Assembly: GCA_964106645.2 (NCBI GenBank)
Contig: OZ067040.1
DNA length: 64,000 nucleotides
Direction: 5' to 3' (one strand)
Source: Podarcis pityusensis
Taxonomy: Eukaryota
This document shows positions 23,363 through 36,629 of this stretch, piece by piece. Position 1 is the first letter of the stretch, and each line of letters opens with the position of its first letter. Under the pieces are notes generated by a model. The model was not told the DNA's origin and did not search any database. It saw only the letters and a program-made list of their open reading frames with translations. A program made the translations under genes and the position numbers.

Positions 23363-23526
23363 CAGAGGCAGATTTAGGTTCAGTCGCACTGGGTGCAGAG
23401 CCTTTGGGGTGCTGCAGGGGGCGCTGCAACTATGATATAGAATGGAAGGTGAGAGGCAGCCCTGCCCCCCAATTTTGGCGTCACACAGGGCGCCACTGAA
23501 ATTTGAGACCCCAAAGTCTGCCACTG
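23363..23526. mobile_element. Degenerate hAT-like MITE within an old LINE fragment
   Basis: Imperfect TIRs CAGAGGCAGATTT...AAGTCTGCCACTG. Confidence 0.5.
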
Positions 23527-24124
23527 GTTAAGACTTTAAATGTCAACAACCAAACCTTGAATTTGCCTTGGTAGTGAACAGGCAGCCAGTATAGATTTTT
23601 CAGCACCAGTGTTATATATGTGTAAAGCTTGTTAGATTATTCATTCTACTTAGATGCTTATATCTTGGGATGATTTCTGTAGGATATTTATATCAGTCAA
23701 GAATTGCAGTCTAAAATAATTCACGGAAAGGATCCATTCTATGTACAAGCAATGTAGAGCTGAAAAAGATAATTGCATATCAGTGCCAGTTTCATCTTGA
23801 AGTATTTAGAAATCAATTTTGGTTTCTCATAATTACAGTGTTTGAAGAAACAGGCATCTAAATGGAGGGCAGCATTTTGGAAGACATGTACTTGTTTTTC
23901 TAAAGTAGACCGTTTCTGTGGTGACATTTTCCATTCATTTTATAAATAGATGTAAATTTGTAGGAAAACTTTTTTTAAACATGTTCAGATGAGTTTCAGG
24001 AACATGCACTGCCAACAGAATCTTGCACATCTCCATGTGTGGAAGAAAAGCAGTAAAGAAACTCAATCCCAATGATACAGAAACACTGTGGGTAGACGGT
24101 TCTCATGTTTGGAGAGGTTTTATT

Positions 24125-24261
24125 CAGAGCTTTTTTTTCAGCCGGAAGTCGCCGGAATTCAGTTCCAGCACTTCTCAGGTGGGTGCCATTGCCATTCTAA
24201 GAGAACAAGGGAGGCGTTTGTGGTCAGTTCCAACACCTCTTTTTCTAGAAAAATAGCATTG
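24125..24261. mobile_element. hAT-like MITE
   Basis: Imperfect TIRs CAGAGCTTTTTTT...AAAAATAGCATTG. Confidence 0.55.
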
Positions 24262-24292
24262 GAATCATTCATTCATTCATTCATTGCATTTA

Positions 24293-24539
24293 CAGTAGAA
24301 CCTCTACTTACAACCGCCTCCACTCGCGGACGTTCCAAATTGTGACCACGGCAAACCCGGAAGTAACCGGTGGGTTTGCTGCTGTTCACGCATGTGCAGG
24401 AGTGGCGATCACTGTTTGCGCATGAGTAGGAGCGGCGTTTGCCGTTCGCGCCTGTGCACAATGGCCTCTCTCAGTGACCCGTTTCGCCATAAGGACGGGC
24501 CTCCCGAATGGATTGTGGTTGTGACTAGAGGTTCCACAG
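24293..24539. mobile_element. Tc1/mariner-type MITE
   Basis: TA|CAGTAGAACCTCTA...TAGAGGTTCCACAG|TA; CpG-rich core. Confidence 0.8.
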
Positions 24540-25616
24540 TATATACAACCTTTATCTTCCAAGGATCTCAAGGTGGTACCCATCTTTCTCCACCCCATTT
24601 CATCCTCATAACAACCTGTGAGGTGGGTTAGGCTAAGAGATGGTGACACTTCCTGGAAAATAGAAAATGTTCTGCAATAATAAATTGAAGGTAGGAATTT
24701 GGGAAAGATGTGCAAGAAAATCGTCCAAAACAGTAAGGCACAATCCAGAGAGCTTTGTTGGACCCAAGGGAGCTTAATGTTTTTTCTTCTCAAATGCCAA
24801 CCCCCAGATAGATTTCTATAGCATTTTGTGCTGTGCACAGGGAAAAATCCAACAGACGCCTTGCATAGAGATAATTGTTTGGATTTTGGTGTATGTGTAT
24901 ATTTGCAATGTGTTCGTGCATATATTGGGCTAGATCCAGAGTTGCTCTTAATGGTGTTCAGAGTGTACTGCAGGAAAGGGGCAGCCCAGAAGTTTTCACC
25001 AGTTTCTCCTTTGTCCTGCAGGGCTGTTCTGTGGGACTGAAGGACTCTCAGGCAGCATGGGATGTGGTGCTGGGGGCTGCGGGGGGAAAGAGGAATTGAT
25101 GAAAATTGCCAACCCACTCCCCTCAGTGGGAAGCCTTCACTGGATCCTACTTTGCTCTGTGAATGTAAAGAACCCTTTGTTTGTGAAGGGCAAGAATAGT
25201 TCCAGTCCATTCACTGTAACAAAATGCTCAGTTGAGAAATATAAATACACTGAACAAATAAAGTAAGATGCCTTTCAGGGCTATGGCTTCCCTCCCACAC
25301 ATTATGTCCGGATCTTGAATCCTATTTTCCATTGAAACACATTTCCTTCTGGTCTCCTGAATTTTGCACTGTGCACCGATCTGAGGAGTTCCTGACCTTG
25401 TTGAATATAATGCGATTATGGAAAATAAATGACTGTGAAATATGATAATGTGCATGGAAAATGTTTTTTTGCATGGTGCCTTAAATGCCAATAATTTGTT
25501 TCATTTTTAGGGTGTGGGTTTTGGTTGTAATTTGGTACATTCTTGAATTTTTCATTTTGAATGTTTGAAAATTAGTTTAATAATGAAAAGCAGCATACCC
25601 AAAAGCTATACTGATA

Positions 25617-26120
25617 ATAGAATCACAGAATTGTAGAGTTGGAAGCGCCTCCAGTAATCATCTAATGAACCTTCTGCAATGCAGGAATCTCAACTAACGC
25701 ATCCATGACAGATAGCCATGCAACCTCTGCTTAAAAACATCTAATAAAGGAGAGTCCACTGCCTTCTGAGAGAGTCCCTTCCACTGTCAGACCGATCTTA
25801 GCACCATCTAGTTCTTCCTGATGTTTAGTCAGAATCTCCTTTCTTGTAACTTGAATCTATTGGTCCAGGTTCTACCTTCTGGAGCAGGAGAAAACAGACT
25901 TGCTCCATCTTCCATGACAGCCCTTTAGATGTTTGAATATGGCTATCCTATCTCCTCTAGTCTCCTCTTCTCCAGGCTAAACATACCCAACTCCCTGAAC
26001 CGTTCCTCATAACTCTTGGTTTCCAGACGCCTGATCATCTTGGTTGCCCTCCTCTGCATACGTTCCAGCTTGTCAATATCCTTCTTAAATTGGGGTCCCA
26101 GAATTGGACACAGTACTTCA
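25617..26120 (-). mobile_element. CR1 LINE 3' fragment
   Basis: ATAGAATC-type CR1 tail; its reverse complement matches the CR1 fragment at 51720-51870. Confidence 0.85.
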
Positions 26121-26145
26121 GTTAATGTGTGAGATTAATCTAATA

Positions 26146-26281
26146 CAGGCATAGGCAAACTGCGGCCCTCCAGGTGTTTGGGACTACAATTCCCATCATC
26201 CCTAGCTAACAGGACCAGTGGTCAGGGATGATGGGAATTGTAGTCCCAAACATCTGGAGGGCTGGAGTTTGCCTATGCCTG
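26146..26281. mobile_element. Palindromic hAT MITE
   Basis: CAGGCATAGGCAAACT...AGTTTGCCTATGCCTG, almost fully self-complementary; perfect 8-bp TSD ATCTAATA at 26138-26145 and 26282-26289. Confidence 0.92.
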
Positions 26282-29200
26282 ATCTAATAGGTATATATTA
26301 CTTGAGGCATCTCCTTTGCAGCACATAAGCCATGTACATTCTTGGGAAAAGCCATAATTGAAAAAGTGGTTTAAAGTCCTGTTTGAAAGCATGTACTACA
26401 CAAACAAAGTGTAATACATTTAGAAACTACCACAGAAGCCCAGCTGCAAGCAACACACTTCAAATCATAAAAATAAATGAAAGATTGGAACCAAAATAGA
26501 ATGTACTGTGGAATAACAGATGCTGTGGGCATTCTGGAGGCTCCAACTTGCTTATTTGAAATAATAGCTGCCCACTGTTTGGTGTTCTACAAAGCAAATT
26601 GTGCACTTGTGGATGTTCTTCCACATGAAGGCTTTGCATTCATTTTTGTTAAGTTGGGTCTTATTGTTGGTGTACTTTTCAAATTTATTGAAGGACAATC
26701 CGAACATGATGTAACAAATTCATTCTTAGGGTCTCCCACGGGTCTCCCACGGCTTTTGCATTGCTGATTAGCACATTTCAGTGTAATATAGTATCAAAAT
26801 AAAATTACCTGCAGAATATTGGCAGATAGCTTTTCAAAATAAGAGCAAGAGCAAGGCTTTTTTGTGTTGATATTTGAGTTGTTTGTCTCTAGTTAGACTT
26901 AATATAAATGAGATAACCCAGCAAAAGCAAGTTCACACATCTTATTGAGTTTGTATATATATATATTTAAGGTACGTATGTAAGAGGCTCGTTTATAATT
27001 CTATTTTGGGAATGATTCATGTTCTTATGTAGCTGCATGGCTTAATACTTTCTGGATGTCCCATGATCATGTTATAAAGTAGTTGTGTTCTATTTTATAA
27101 ATCAAGTAGCGCTAGAAATTGTTTCTTTTTGTTTTCAATGTGTTTCTTATTAATTAAAAATTTGGTATGGCACAAGCAAATTTTTATTCTGAAAGTGTGA
27201 CCCGGACGAAAAAAGATTGAGAACCACTGGGTTAGCAAAAGAAAATTGGTATGGCTCCCAGATCGCATTAAATGCTTTTAAAGCATTGCTCATGCCATGG
27301 AATCATTTGTCAGTACAGATTGTTGACTGTAGAAAACAAACAAAAAATGATTTGCGTCTATTGTTGTATTGACCCAACACCCAAAGCTAGCATGTGTAGC
27401 TTAAACACAGATCTCCTTTAGCTCATGCATGAATCTAGACCTAGCCCTTGGTGGTCACAGGATTGTTCAGTCTTATGCTTGGGATTGGCACCACTGCTTG
27501 ATTCCTGTAACACTGGTTCTGGCACTTGTTTGGGAATATGTTCCAGTCCATTTTGCATATGTTACTATGTGGTAAGGGCTTTGTTCAGCTAGTAATGAGC
27601 TCTGGAATTTCAGATGAATATCTTGATATTATGGAAACAACCACATCTTGGCAAAACAGTATGCCTTTGACTGATTCAAATAAAAAGTACAAAATACTCC
27701 ATTAAGCTCTAGTTTGAAATATGAAGTGCTTCAGTTAAAACACTTAAAGTGCAAAATATATGTAATATATGTAATATGACCATAGGAAGCTGCTTCATGC
27801 CAAGTCAGACTATTTAGTCCTCTAACTCAGCACTGTCTGCACTGACTGGCAGCAACTCTCCAGGGTTTGCAGGCAGGAATCTTTCCCAGCCTTCCTTGGA
27901 GAAGTCAGGGATTGGAAATGGAACCTTCTGTGTGCAAAGCATTCCACCCAGTTATGACCCTTCCCGAATGCATTTCTGAAATAAAATACTGTCTTAATCC
28001 TGCAATGGTTTGTATAATTGAATCTTCAGATTGTACTGAAATTTATAGTTTAACAAGCACTCAAAAAACAGGGTTTCAGAAAATTGTGGTTGGCCTTGGT
28101 AGCCTACCCCCTTTTCTTTTTTCTTCTTGAATAGCAGTGCTGTTTCAGGGTTTTATCTTGGTCATTGAACAACTGAAATTCTTGGGTGATCTCCTATAGA
28201 GTCCATCTGCGAGTAGAATGGACTTCTTGCTTGTGCAGTCTGACTGCTTCTTCCTTCCTTTCCCCTACATGCCCCAAAATTTCTTCCAGGCGGCTCTCCA
28301 ACCCTCTGGAACACATTTTGGAAGCGTTCAGGGGGCTGCAAGGTGGAGGAAGGAGAGGAGAGAAGACTATTGCCTGAGTGGATTTCATCCCCACCCCCAA
28401 ATTTTTAAGCTGTCATTAATTTTGTAACTTGGCAGTTTTGCCTTTTTTTTTTTTTTGCAATAAATCTAATAAAAGCTCAAAAGTATACAACATCTTACAT
28501 TTTCTGGTATAAAACCTCCAAATGTGGAAAAGTTATGGAGCTGGGCCTTAACTTGCCTCTTTGTAAACCCTTGTTCACAAAAATTAGATTGTAAAAGTGG
28601 AGGGAAAACTCCTAAGCTTGCAGAGCTTCTATTCTTCAATATTCCCCAGTTCCTTTCTTAAAAGAGTACCTCTCCTACTACATGCTCTGCTCATCTGCCT
28701 GCTGCAGCACTGGAATTTATTAAAATATCAGAGAAATATCTACATTTTGCAGGACGGGTGGACAGGAAAGCAGTTGCTCTCTCATGCTGCAATAAGCATG
28801 TTACAGGAAGACTGCCATTTACAATACTGTGTATCATTTTTTTAAAAAAGTGAATGAGAGGGAGATCTGTGTGCTAGTGGTTGAGAGCACTGGCAGGTTG
28901 CAAAGGTATTTTTAAAAATGTGGTGGTGTTGTAGCAAGCATTTCTTTCTATTTTCCTCTCTTGCTGAGAATAAAGAAGCTTGGTATTCTCTCTTCTCTGT
29001 AACTCAACCGGACTTCATCATGCCATATAGCGGCTCATTTAAAATGGCACTAGACTTCACTACTCTCCCCTTTGAAATGTCAAGAGATACATTGGGTTTG
29101 TTTGGCGATCATCTGTTTGCCTTCTTGAGTACAGAAAATGAGAAGCTGTCTTGAGGTCTCCCTCTTACTGCTATTACTCTTTTATGCTGATAAATATTTG

Positions 29201-29689
29201 TGTATCCGTTGCCTAAAAGTAAAAGAAATGAAGCAGATGCAGTGTTAATATACTTGAAAGATTTCAAATACAGGTGACTCCCCACTTATGTGTGGGTTAC
29301 GTTCTGGGCCCATGTGCACATACAGTAAGTGAAATGCTTGAGCGGGGAACTAGGGTGATTTCTTCTTCTTTTACAACAAAAAACTTCAGAGCTATTTGGA
29401 ACGCTACATAACAAAAAGCAACCCATACTGTACCTTTGCCTACAGATTGCCAGAAAGGGCAGAGAACAATGCGTTTGAGTCTGCAGCAGTACAGCTTCCT
29501 GCCCGACAGCTGTTGAGCAGGGCAGTGCAGCAGCATTGAGAGCTCACTCACGCCATTTTGGAGCCCATAAGTTCCTCCCTCCCTCCCTTCCTTTTTCAAA
29601 AAAGCCTTTAAAACATCTTTGGGCTCTGGGGAGGATCTCCTCGCATGCTGTGAGGACTTTCCAGTTCTCTCCTGTCATTTCTAGCTTAC

Positions 29690-29768
29690 GTTGTTGTTTA
29701 GTTGTGTCGACTCTTTGTGACCCCATGGACCAGAGCACACCGGGCACTCCTGTCTTCCACTGCCTCCA
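29690..29768 (-). mobile_element. RTE/BovB-like 3' terminal fragment
   Basis: (CAA)-type tail followed by GTCGACTCTTTGTGACCCCATGGAC, a BovB-like 3' end. Confidence 0.6.
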
Positions 29769-31385
29769 GCTTTGAATTGATGTAAATTGTTAGATTGATT
29801 TCCCATCACTGCACATTCATGTGGTCACACATGTCGATCACGTGTAAGTCGAAGGATGTCCGTACATGAATTTTCGATGCTATGCAGCTCTAGAAACAAT
29901 ATTTCAGTGGTTTATCAAGATATCAACCTTTTTCCAGTTGGTGGTCCAAATGTAGTATGTCCGCCTGTCCACCTAGAATGGGGAGACTTGTGAGCGGTAG
30001 AGGAAATCATTTTGTTTCTATCAGGGATTGCAATTTAAAGCTTTTTTAAAAGGGCTTAAAAGGTGCTGCCATTCTTTAGCAGTACATTCAGCTACAAATG
30101 AATTATTGTGTAAAAATACTAATTTATAAAGCTTCTTTTAAAAGCCTTGCAATAGACCAGGCCTCTGAGGAGGCAGAGTTGCTGCACTACTAGTTCCATC
30201 AAGGGCATTCTTCAATAGGAGCAGTGAGGTAACCACATTCCAAGCAGCATTCACAATTGTAATTGTTCACTCACTGAGGATCCTATTTTTCCTGGGGATG
30301 TAATTGTTCCTATGCTGAATTTTTCATGGCATTGGGCCTACTGTTTCAACTTGCTATCTCTAGAAAAGCACTTCAGTTTTACACTATGTTATCTTGGAAA
30401 GAACTCTTTGTGAGTTGCAATAAGTTTCTAAAAAAATATTTCTAATGATTGCAAGTGACAAGAGGATGGCTTTCTCACAAAAACTTGATTTTCAGAGAAC
30501 AGAGTGTTGAGCTGTTGAGAACATAAGGTTTAAATTTATTTGCCTTCGAATAAAAGTTTCAAAGAAAACTTGACAAGTATCCACTGTTTCCAATGTTTAT
30601 ATCTGGCAACATTTTCATGCCAGAATGGACATTTCAATTTATAATTTTGTTATCCCACATCAGTGGTTATATCTTGGGTTTCAGGTCCCAGAGCTTAACC
30701 TTAAAAATACCTGTTTAAGTAGGAACTCAAGCCACTAGAAGCAATCTCTCACAACTTACAACTGCATTAATGGTAGGCATGGAGCTCTTTCATATGAAAA
30801 TTGTTTCATTCCTTCATTTAACACTACAGGGTGGCTCAACACAGAACCTAAGTTGAGTACAAATTCTTGTTTTGTTCCAAGGGTTGACTCTTATTAAATG
30901 TATATAAACTTTGGCCAAAGTAGAAATGAGATTGAATGAAGACATCAACCTGTTAATGAAATGGATGTGTGCTCCTTCAGTAGTCTTTTTGTCTTTTTAG
31001 CAGTTTGTTGTGATGGTTCATAAAATAGCAAGTACTTATCAGTACTGTAGAATGTTAAACAACTGTCAAGTATACCAATAGAAAACTTGACTCTCCAAAT
31101 GTCACTGCCCAAGGGGGGAGGTATTAGCAAGGAATTAGCATGCTCCGAAGTACCAACCCCCCCAACCCCTTTATGGGGGGGGCGCACTTTTAGTGGCAAG
31201 AGACGAAGCCCTAAGTGCCCCATTCAGCATGCTCATTGACAATGCTGACTGTTTGGGAGGAATTGGGGGGGGGAGGAAAGCTAGGGTGGGGGAGAGAAGT
31301 AGCCTATAATTGCCTGGAACACAGGAGCACTCCCTACTGCAACATTTTGTTGCAGACCCCACTTGTTTTACCTGTTCAAACACAT

Positions 31386-31625
31386 CAGTGTGGTGTAGTG
31401 GTTGAGAGCGGTAGTCTTGTAATCTGGGGAACTGGGTTCGCGTCTCCGCTCCTCCACATGCAGCTGCTGGGTGACCTTGGGCCAGTAACACTTCCTTGAA
31501 GTCTCTCAGCCCCACTCACCTCACAGAGTGTTTGTTGTGGGGGAGGAAGGGAAAGGAGAATGTTAGCCACTTTGAGACTCCTTTAAGGGAGTGAAAGGCG
31601 GGATATCAAATCCAAACTCTTCTTC
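31386..31625 (+). mobile_element. tRNA-derived SINE, copy 2
   Basis: A and B boxes; highly similar to 7977-8205 and 39093-39345; TCT tail. Confidence 0.88.
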
Positions 31626-33168
31626 ATCATCATCAAAGGAGCCTGATTTCATCTCTAAATCAGAGGAAAGAATTCTGCTTCGAGTGCATAAGGGGAAAAG
31701 TAGCCTAACTGATGTAAAATATGCCTGGTTCTTGAACAGTCCTTTCTATTCATTTTTTCCTAATCAGCGAGGTGGGGTGGAAAAATTCTCCCTGCTGTTA
31801 TTTTCATGGAAAATTTTCCATGTCTTAAAATACATTAAAAAAAAAAGCAATTAGCAACATAATGAATGGATGCAGCACCAGGTGGAGAATTTTCAAAGTA
31901 GTAATTACCTTTTTTCATGTTACTAGAGCAAATTGTCCCCTGTAATAGCTAAAATGAGAGCTGGTTCATTCACATCCTGGCGTGCAGATTGTGTACACAG
32001 GTGCAGGACAAACTCTTAGACCGCAGTCTTTTGCCCACTTACCTGGGAGTAAACTGTATTGACTTCATTTGGACTTTTGAGTAAACCTGTGCAGGATTTC
32101 ATCCTCCCCGCTTGTAAAGTGTGTTGTGTGATTGAGTGCATACCTGCACACATACTTAACCAATGTGATCTGCCTTCTTAGTTGACCTTATATGGGACTC
32201 TGCTTCATGAAGTTATTACAAGACCTCTAGATGCCCCAAACTAGGTATTTTAAGAGCACATGGGAAGCAAAGGCAGGAAAAAACAGGCTATGTAGTTTGG
32301 CTGAACTGTGCTGTTCTATTTACATCAGTTCCAGCTGCAGAATTCTTCAGAATATAGTGACATCAGGAAATTCTGTCTTTAAAGTAATGACTGGCATTTA
32401 ATTCTTTAGAATTAACAATTATGTACTTAAACTTATGTACTTAAAATGTCGTGTTTTATATTGAAATAAAAATACATAACATCAGATGTTTGTTCCATAC
32501 AGTTTTACACTAGAACTGCTACAGGAAATAAATAGTTTTCTGTTCCCCCAAAATAGAACTTTAGCCAACATTATATCTTCAGAAAAAGTCAGTGGGATAT
32601 TATAAAATAACATTTTAGAGCTAGTGTATCCCTCAAGACTAGAATTCCTGCACACTTTTAGTGCCTTAACATCTTACACTGAAAGGAAATTAATTCTTGA
32701 AAGAATGCTGTGCACAATCCGTTTGAGACAGTTTTGTTAAAGAAATACAAGCTGTCAAGAAAGCTGCAGCCAATGTTGAATTATTACAATAACATTTTAA
32801 AGGAAGTTTTCATTATGAGAATTCAAAGTAATATTTCCAGAACTGAGTTGCAGATCTGATTGGAATGCTTCATCAGTTGGTAGGCTAAGAGTCTTGTGTT
32901 AGATTAAAGGACTCTAGATGATCAAAATGTATGAAGGTAGCATGCAGACATCATTCATTCAAAGCTTTAGCTGGCATTAAAGTCAATGGTGGGGAAGCTT
33001 TAGCTCCTGTAATTCTGTGTATCATATATGGTTTAAAAGCACAGCAGGCAACCTATGAGTAAATTCCATGAAGATCATTGTTGCAAGTGAAAACTCAATA
33101 GACTGGATGTAAATTAAATTAGTTGCATTTAGATCCCATTGAAATCAGCAAACTTGGTTACCTCACTA

Positions 33169-33534
33169 AAAAAGGTAAAGGTACCCCTGCCCGTACGGGC
33201 CAGTCGTGTCCGACTCTAGGGTTGTGCGCCCATCTCACTTAAGAGGCCGGGGGCCAGCGCTGTCCGGAGACACTTCCGGGTCACGTGGCCAGTGTGACGA
33301 AGCTGCTCTGGCGAGCCAGCACCAGCGCAGTACACGGAAACGCCGTTTACCTTCCCGCTATAAAGCGGTACCTATTTATCTACTTGCACTTAAGAGTGCT
33401 TTCGAACTGCTAGGTGGGCAGGAGCTGGGACCGAACGACGGGAGCTCACCCCGCCGCGGGGATTTGAACCGCCGACCATACGATCGGCAAGTCCTAGGTG
33501 CTGAGTTTTACCCACAGCGCCACCCTCGTCCCTC
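33169..33534 (-). mobile_element. Full-length Sauria SINE
   Basis: ACCTTT-type tail and GGGACG..GGTGGCGCTGTGGG head; perfect 13-bp TSD GGTTACCTCACTA at 33156-33168 and 33535-33547. Confidence 0.9.
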
Positions 33535-36500
33535 GGTTACCTCACTACACTGCTGAAATAATTGCACTGGCTGCCAGTTAGCTACTAAGCTAAGCTCAAC
33601 TTTTGTTTTGAGGTACAAAGCCCATCGATGCCATTGATGCTTGACTAGCTGGTAACTGAAAGGACTAAGAGGACTGGCTAAGCTCCAACTTTGTTTCCTG
33701 GGCAGCATAAGACTGTACTAGCAAGGTTCTGGTTTCAGCCCTGCAAAGTATGCTAACATCCCACTCCCAGCTCACTGTTTGGTGTATGTCAGGAGATGTG
33801 AAAAGAACTATTTCCTTTATTAGGCATATAACTAGACTATCACTCTGGTTGGAGGCAAAGCATGGCCTTTAGTTCTTTTACAGGCATTTTCTCCCTTCTC
33901 TGCATGCATGCTCTCTGTTAAAAATAAGTTGTTTCGGAGTTTCAGCATCTATGCTTTTATCTCCTGAGGCAGTCTTCCAACTCCTCTGAGTCCAGGCAGC
34001 CTGGGAAATGGTCCTCAAGTAATCCGCTCCCCCCTCTGTTTGTTGTTCAGATTGAAAAATGTCAGCAACATGAACCAAAATAACAAAAGGATGAGAAGGT
34101 ATGCTCAGTCATTGCCAGGGTTTACTGAGCAAAATTCCCTTACTGCCCTCCTCCACCATCAACCATTCTGTAAAAAACGAACAACTTTTCTCTGTCTTCA
34201 AAATGTGTTTACTAAGGGTCTTTTCATACATTTACCTTTTAATGAGGAAATAAGTGTAACCAAGCCTCCCTCTGCATCTTTTGGCTTCTGGAAGCAAAGT
34301 TTATTTTCCTTTCCAGCTAATACCAGAAGTGCCCCTGAGCACTTCTTTCCCCAACCTTGCCTGATGCTCCGAGAATGAGAGGGTTTCTTAGACTTTCTCC
34401 CTTGCACACTCATCCCATATTGGAACTGTTCCCTTCCAATTTCCTGTGGTGGCAACAACTTTTTAATGAGCAAACTACTACACTCAACAGCTTTTGAGAT
34501 TAGGTCAAGGGGTATGATTTACCTGTACACAGTTATCTGTGACTGCCATCTGTCTGGCATTTCAAGGAATTGTCAAGGAAATAAGATACTACAAACTCAG
34601 GCAAATGTTTTCCATCACCAGTGTTTTCCACTTACCATTAGGAGGTTTTCTTTTCTGATGTCTAATCACACTTTACCTTTTCATAGTTTTAAAACAATTT
34701 CTTCTTGGTCCATTTTCTGTGCTGTTGAATAACTGTTTTGCCCATTTCTTTTAGGAAATATTTTGAGATGCTAAAGACATTCTCTTTCTCTTAGAAGTAA
34801 TTGGAGTTCACCAGGGGATGGAGCAGCCAAAAATATTCCACTCCCTGTAATCTAAAGTGGTAGAATCCAGAATTTGATCATTTTGTGCTGTTTAATGTGC
34901 CATTTGGCTCTCATATGAACATTTAACTATATTAAGTTCTCTACTAAGGGGAACAGCTTTTACAAAATTTTGTGATCTTCCTGTTCAAGTGGCTGCAGAT
35001 ATATGATGACTTCTTTCCATTATGCCAAGTTCTTGTAAATGTAAATAGGAGGTAATAGTCCTCAAAAATCCCTAGTTAAGTTTGATGAGCTAGCTTTCCC
35101 AGCTCTTGCAGGTGCCTTTGGACTGAGGTCATTGTTTTTCCTATGCATTGGACATTCCAAATTCTCTAAAATTAAATAAATGCACTTTTTACTGAAAGTG
35201 GAACAAGTGATGTCACAAATGTAATGCTCATGAAATAGAAGATTTTAGTGACCTGCTGGTTCAACATTTTATTGAGGAAAATGTCAAATATCTAATTGGG
35301 GATTGAGCTAAAAAGATGGTTCAGTTAAAAAATATGGTTATTTTAAACACCAGTTAAGGACAAAACCTTATCCAAACTCCATTTAAGAAGACTGTATACT
35401 TATATACACTTTATTGCTTATTTTTTCTTCAGTCCAAAGTTGCTGGTTTTTAATGGTAGTTTTTAATTGCTTCTTAACCCACCCTTTATGGAATGTTTTA
35501 AAAATACAAGATGCTTTTCACAATGAATTGGTACTTCAGATTGTCCCTGTTGTTGTCCTCGCCAAGATCATTACAGACGGAGCTGACAGGGAGATATGAA
35601 GTGATTTGATTTTTAATGCCGCAGAAATAGACATTGCTATTGTTTTCAATTTAAGGTGTGAAGGGATCAAAACCATACCCATATAGTTTAAAAATAACAT
35701 CCTGCTAACCAGGGTTGCCAGGATGCAACCTGTCGAGCAAGCATTTACATTCGATATGCATTTATAAAGCAGAAGTTGAGTCCCTACTGGAATTGATGGG
35801 AGCCACTGTAGGAAACAGACATTTTTTTTAAAAAAGGACAGAATCAGTAACTATGGCTGAGGGTTGTTTTTGTTTTTAACACCCCCCTCCCCAAATCTTA
35901 TTTTTTAAAAGTAAACTTCTCACATTTTTTGCATTTGAAAACTAAATTGCTAGAAAGCATAAAAGGGTTTTTTTGTGCCTGTTTAAAAAGGAGCTGTGTT
36001 CTTTTCATAGCAAATATGATTGCTGCATGTAAACTAGTCTTACACTGGTGTTTCCCAAGTTAAGCATGTAAGGCACCTGAGACCTATGTGCAAATACTGG
36101 GACCCTGATAATGCCAGCATCTGTGTGCTTTCTGTGAATCATACATTTTGCTGTGGAAAAGGCCAATTAACACTGGTGTCTTATGTGCCAAACACGTTTG
36201 GTGCTTAAAGTTTGGAGCTCCTATGTATGCATGGAAGCATGAAATGTTTAAAAATGCCCTCTCAAAATAGAGGACGCAATCCATTTCTTCTTTGTAAAAT
36301 AAAATTATCAGTGGAAATTTCACGAATAAGCCTTGCATTCCATTACAGATGTTTGTGGTTGTGACTATCCCAACAGAATTAAAAACAAAAACAAAACAAA
36401 ACTGAATCCCTTGGGAGGTAGTATAGTTGCTCTTTTTTGACTCATTCAATTTTTCAGAGCAAAAATGACCAAATAGCTATTGCATTTATTGCTGTTGAAA

Positions 36501-36585
36501 TGAGCACCATGAGATGGTAGAAATGTAAGAATGAGTTGACCAGGTTTGTGTCTAGAAAGCTGTGAAGCAGTTACATGGAATTGTT

Positions 36586-36625
<40 letters not shown>
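36586..36625. repeat. (CA)n microsatellite
   Basis: Seen directly. Confidence 0.9.

Positions 36626-36629
<4 letters not shown>

Noticed and set aside
24386-25210. 274-aa minus-strand ORF
   Set aside because: Runs through a MITE and a SINE-like fragment, antisense in an intron, with no protein motifs; a chance ORF.
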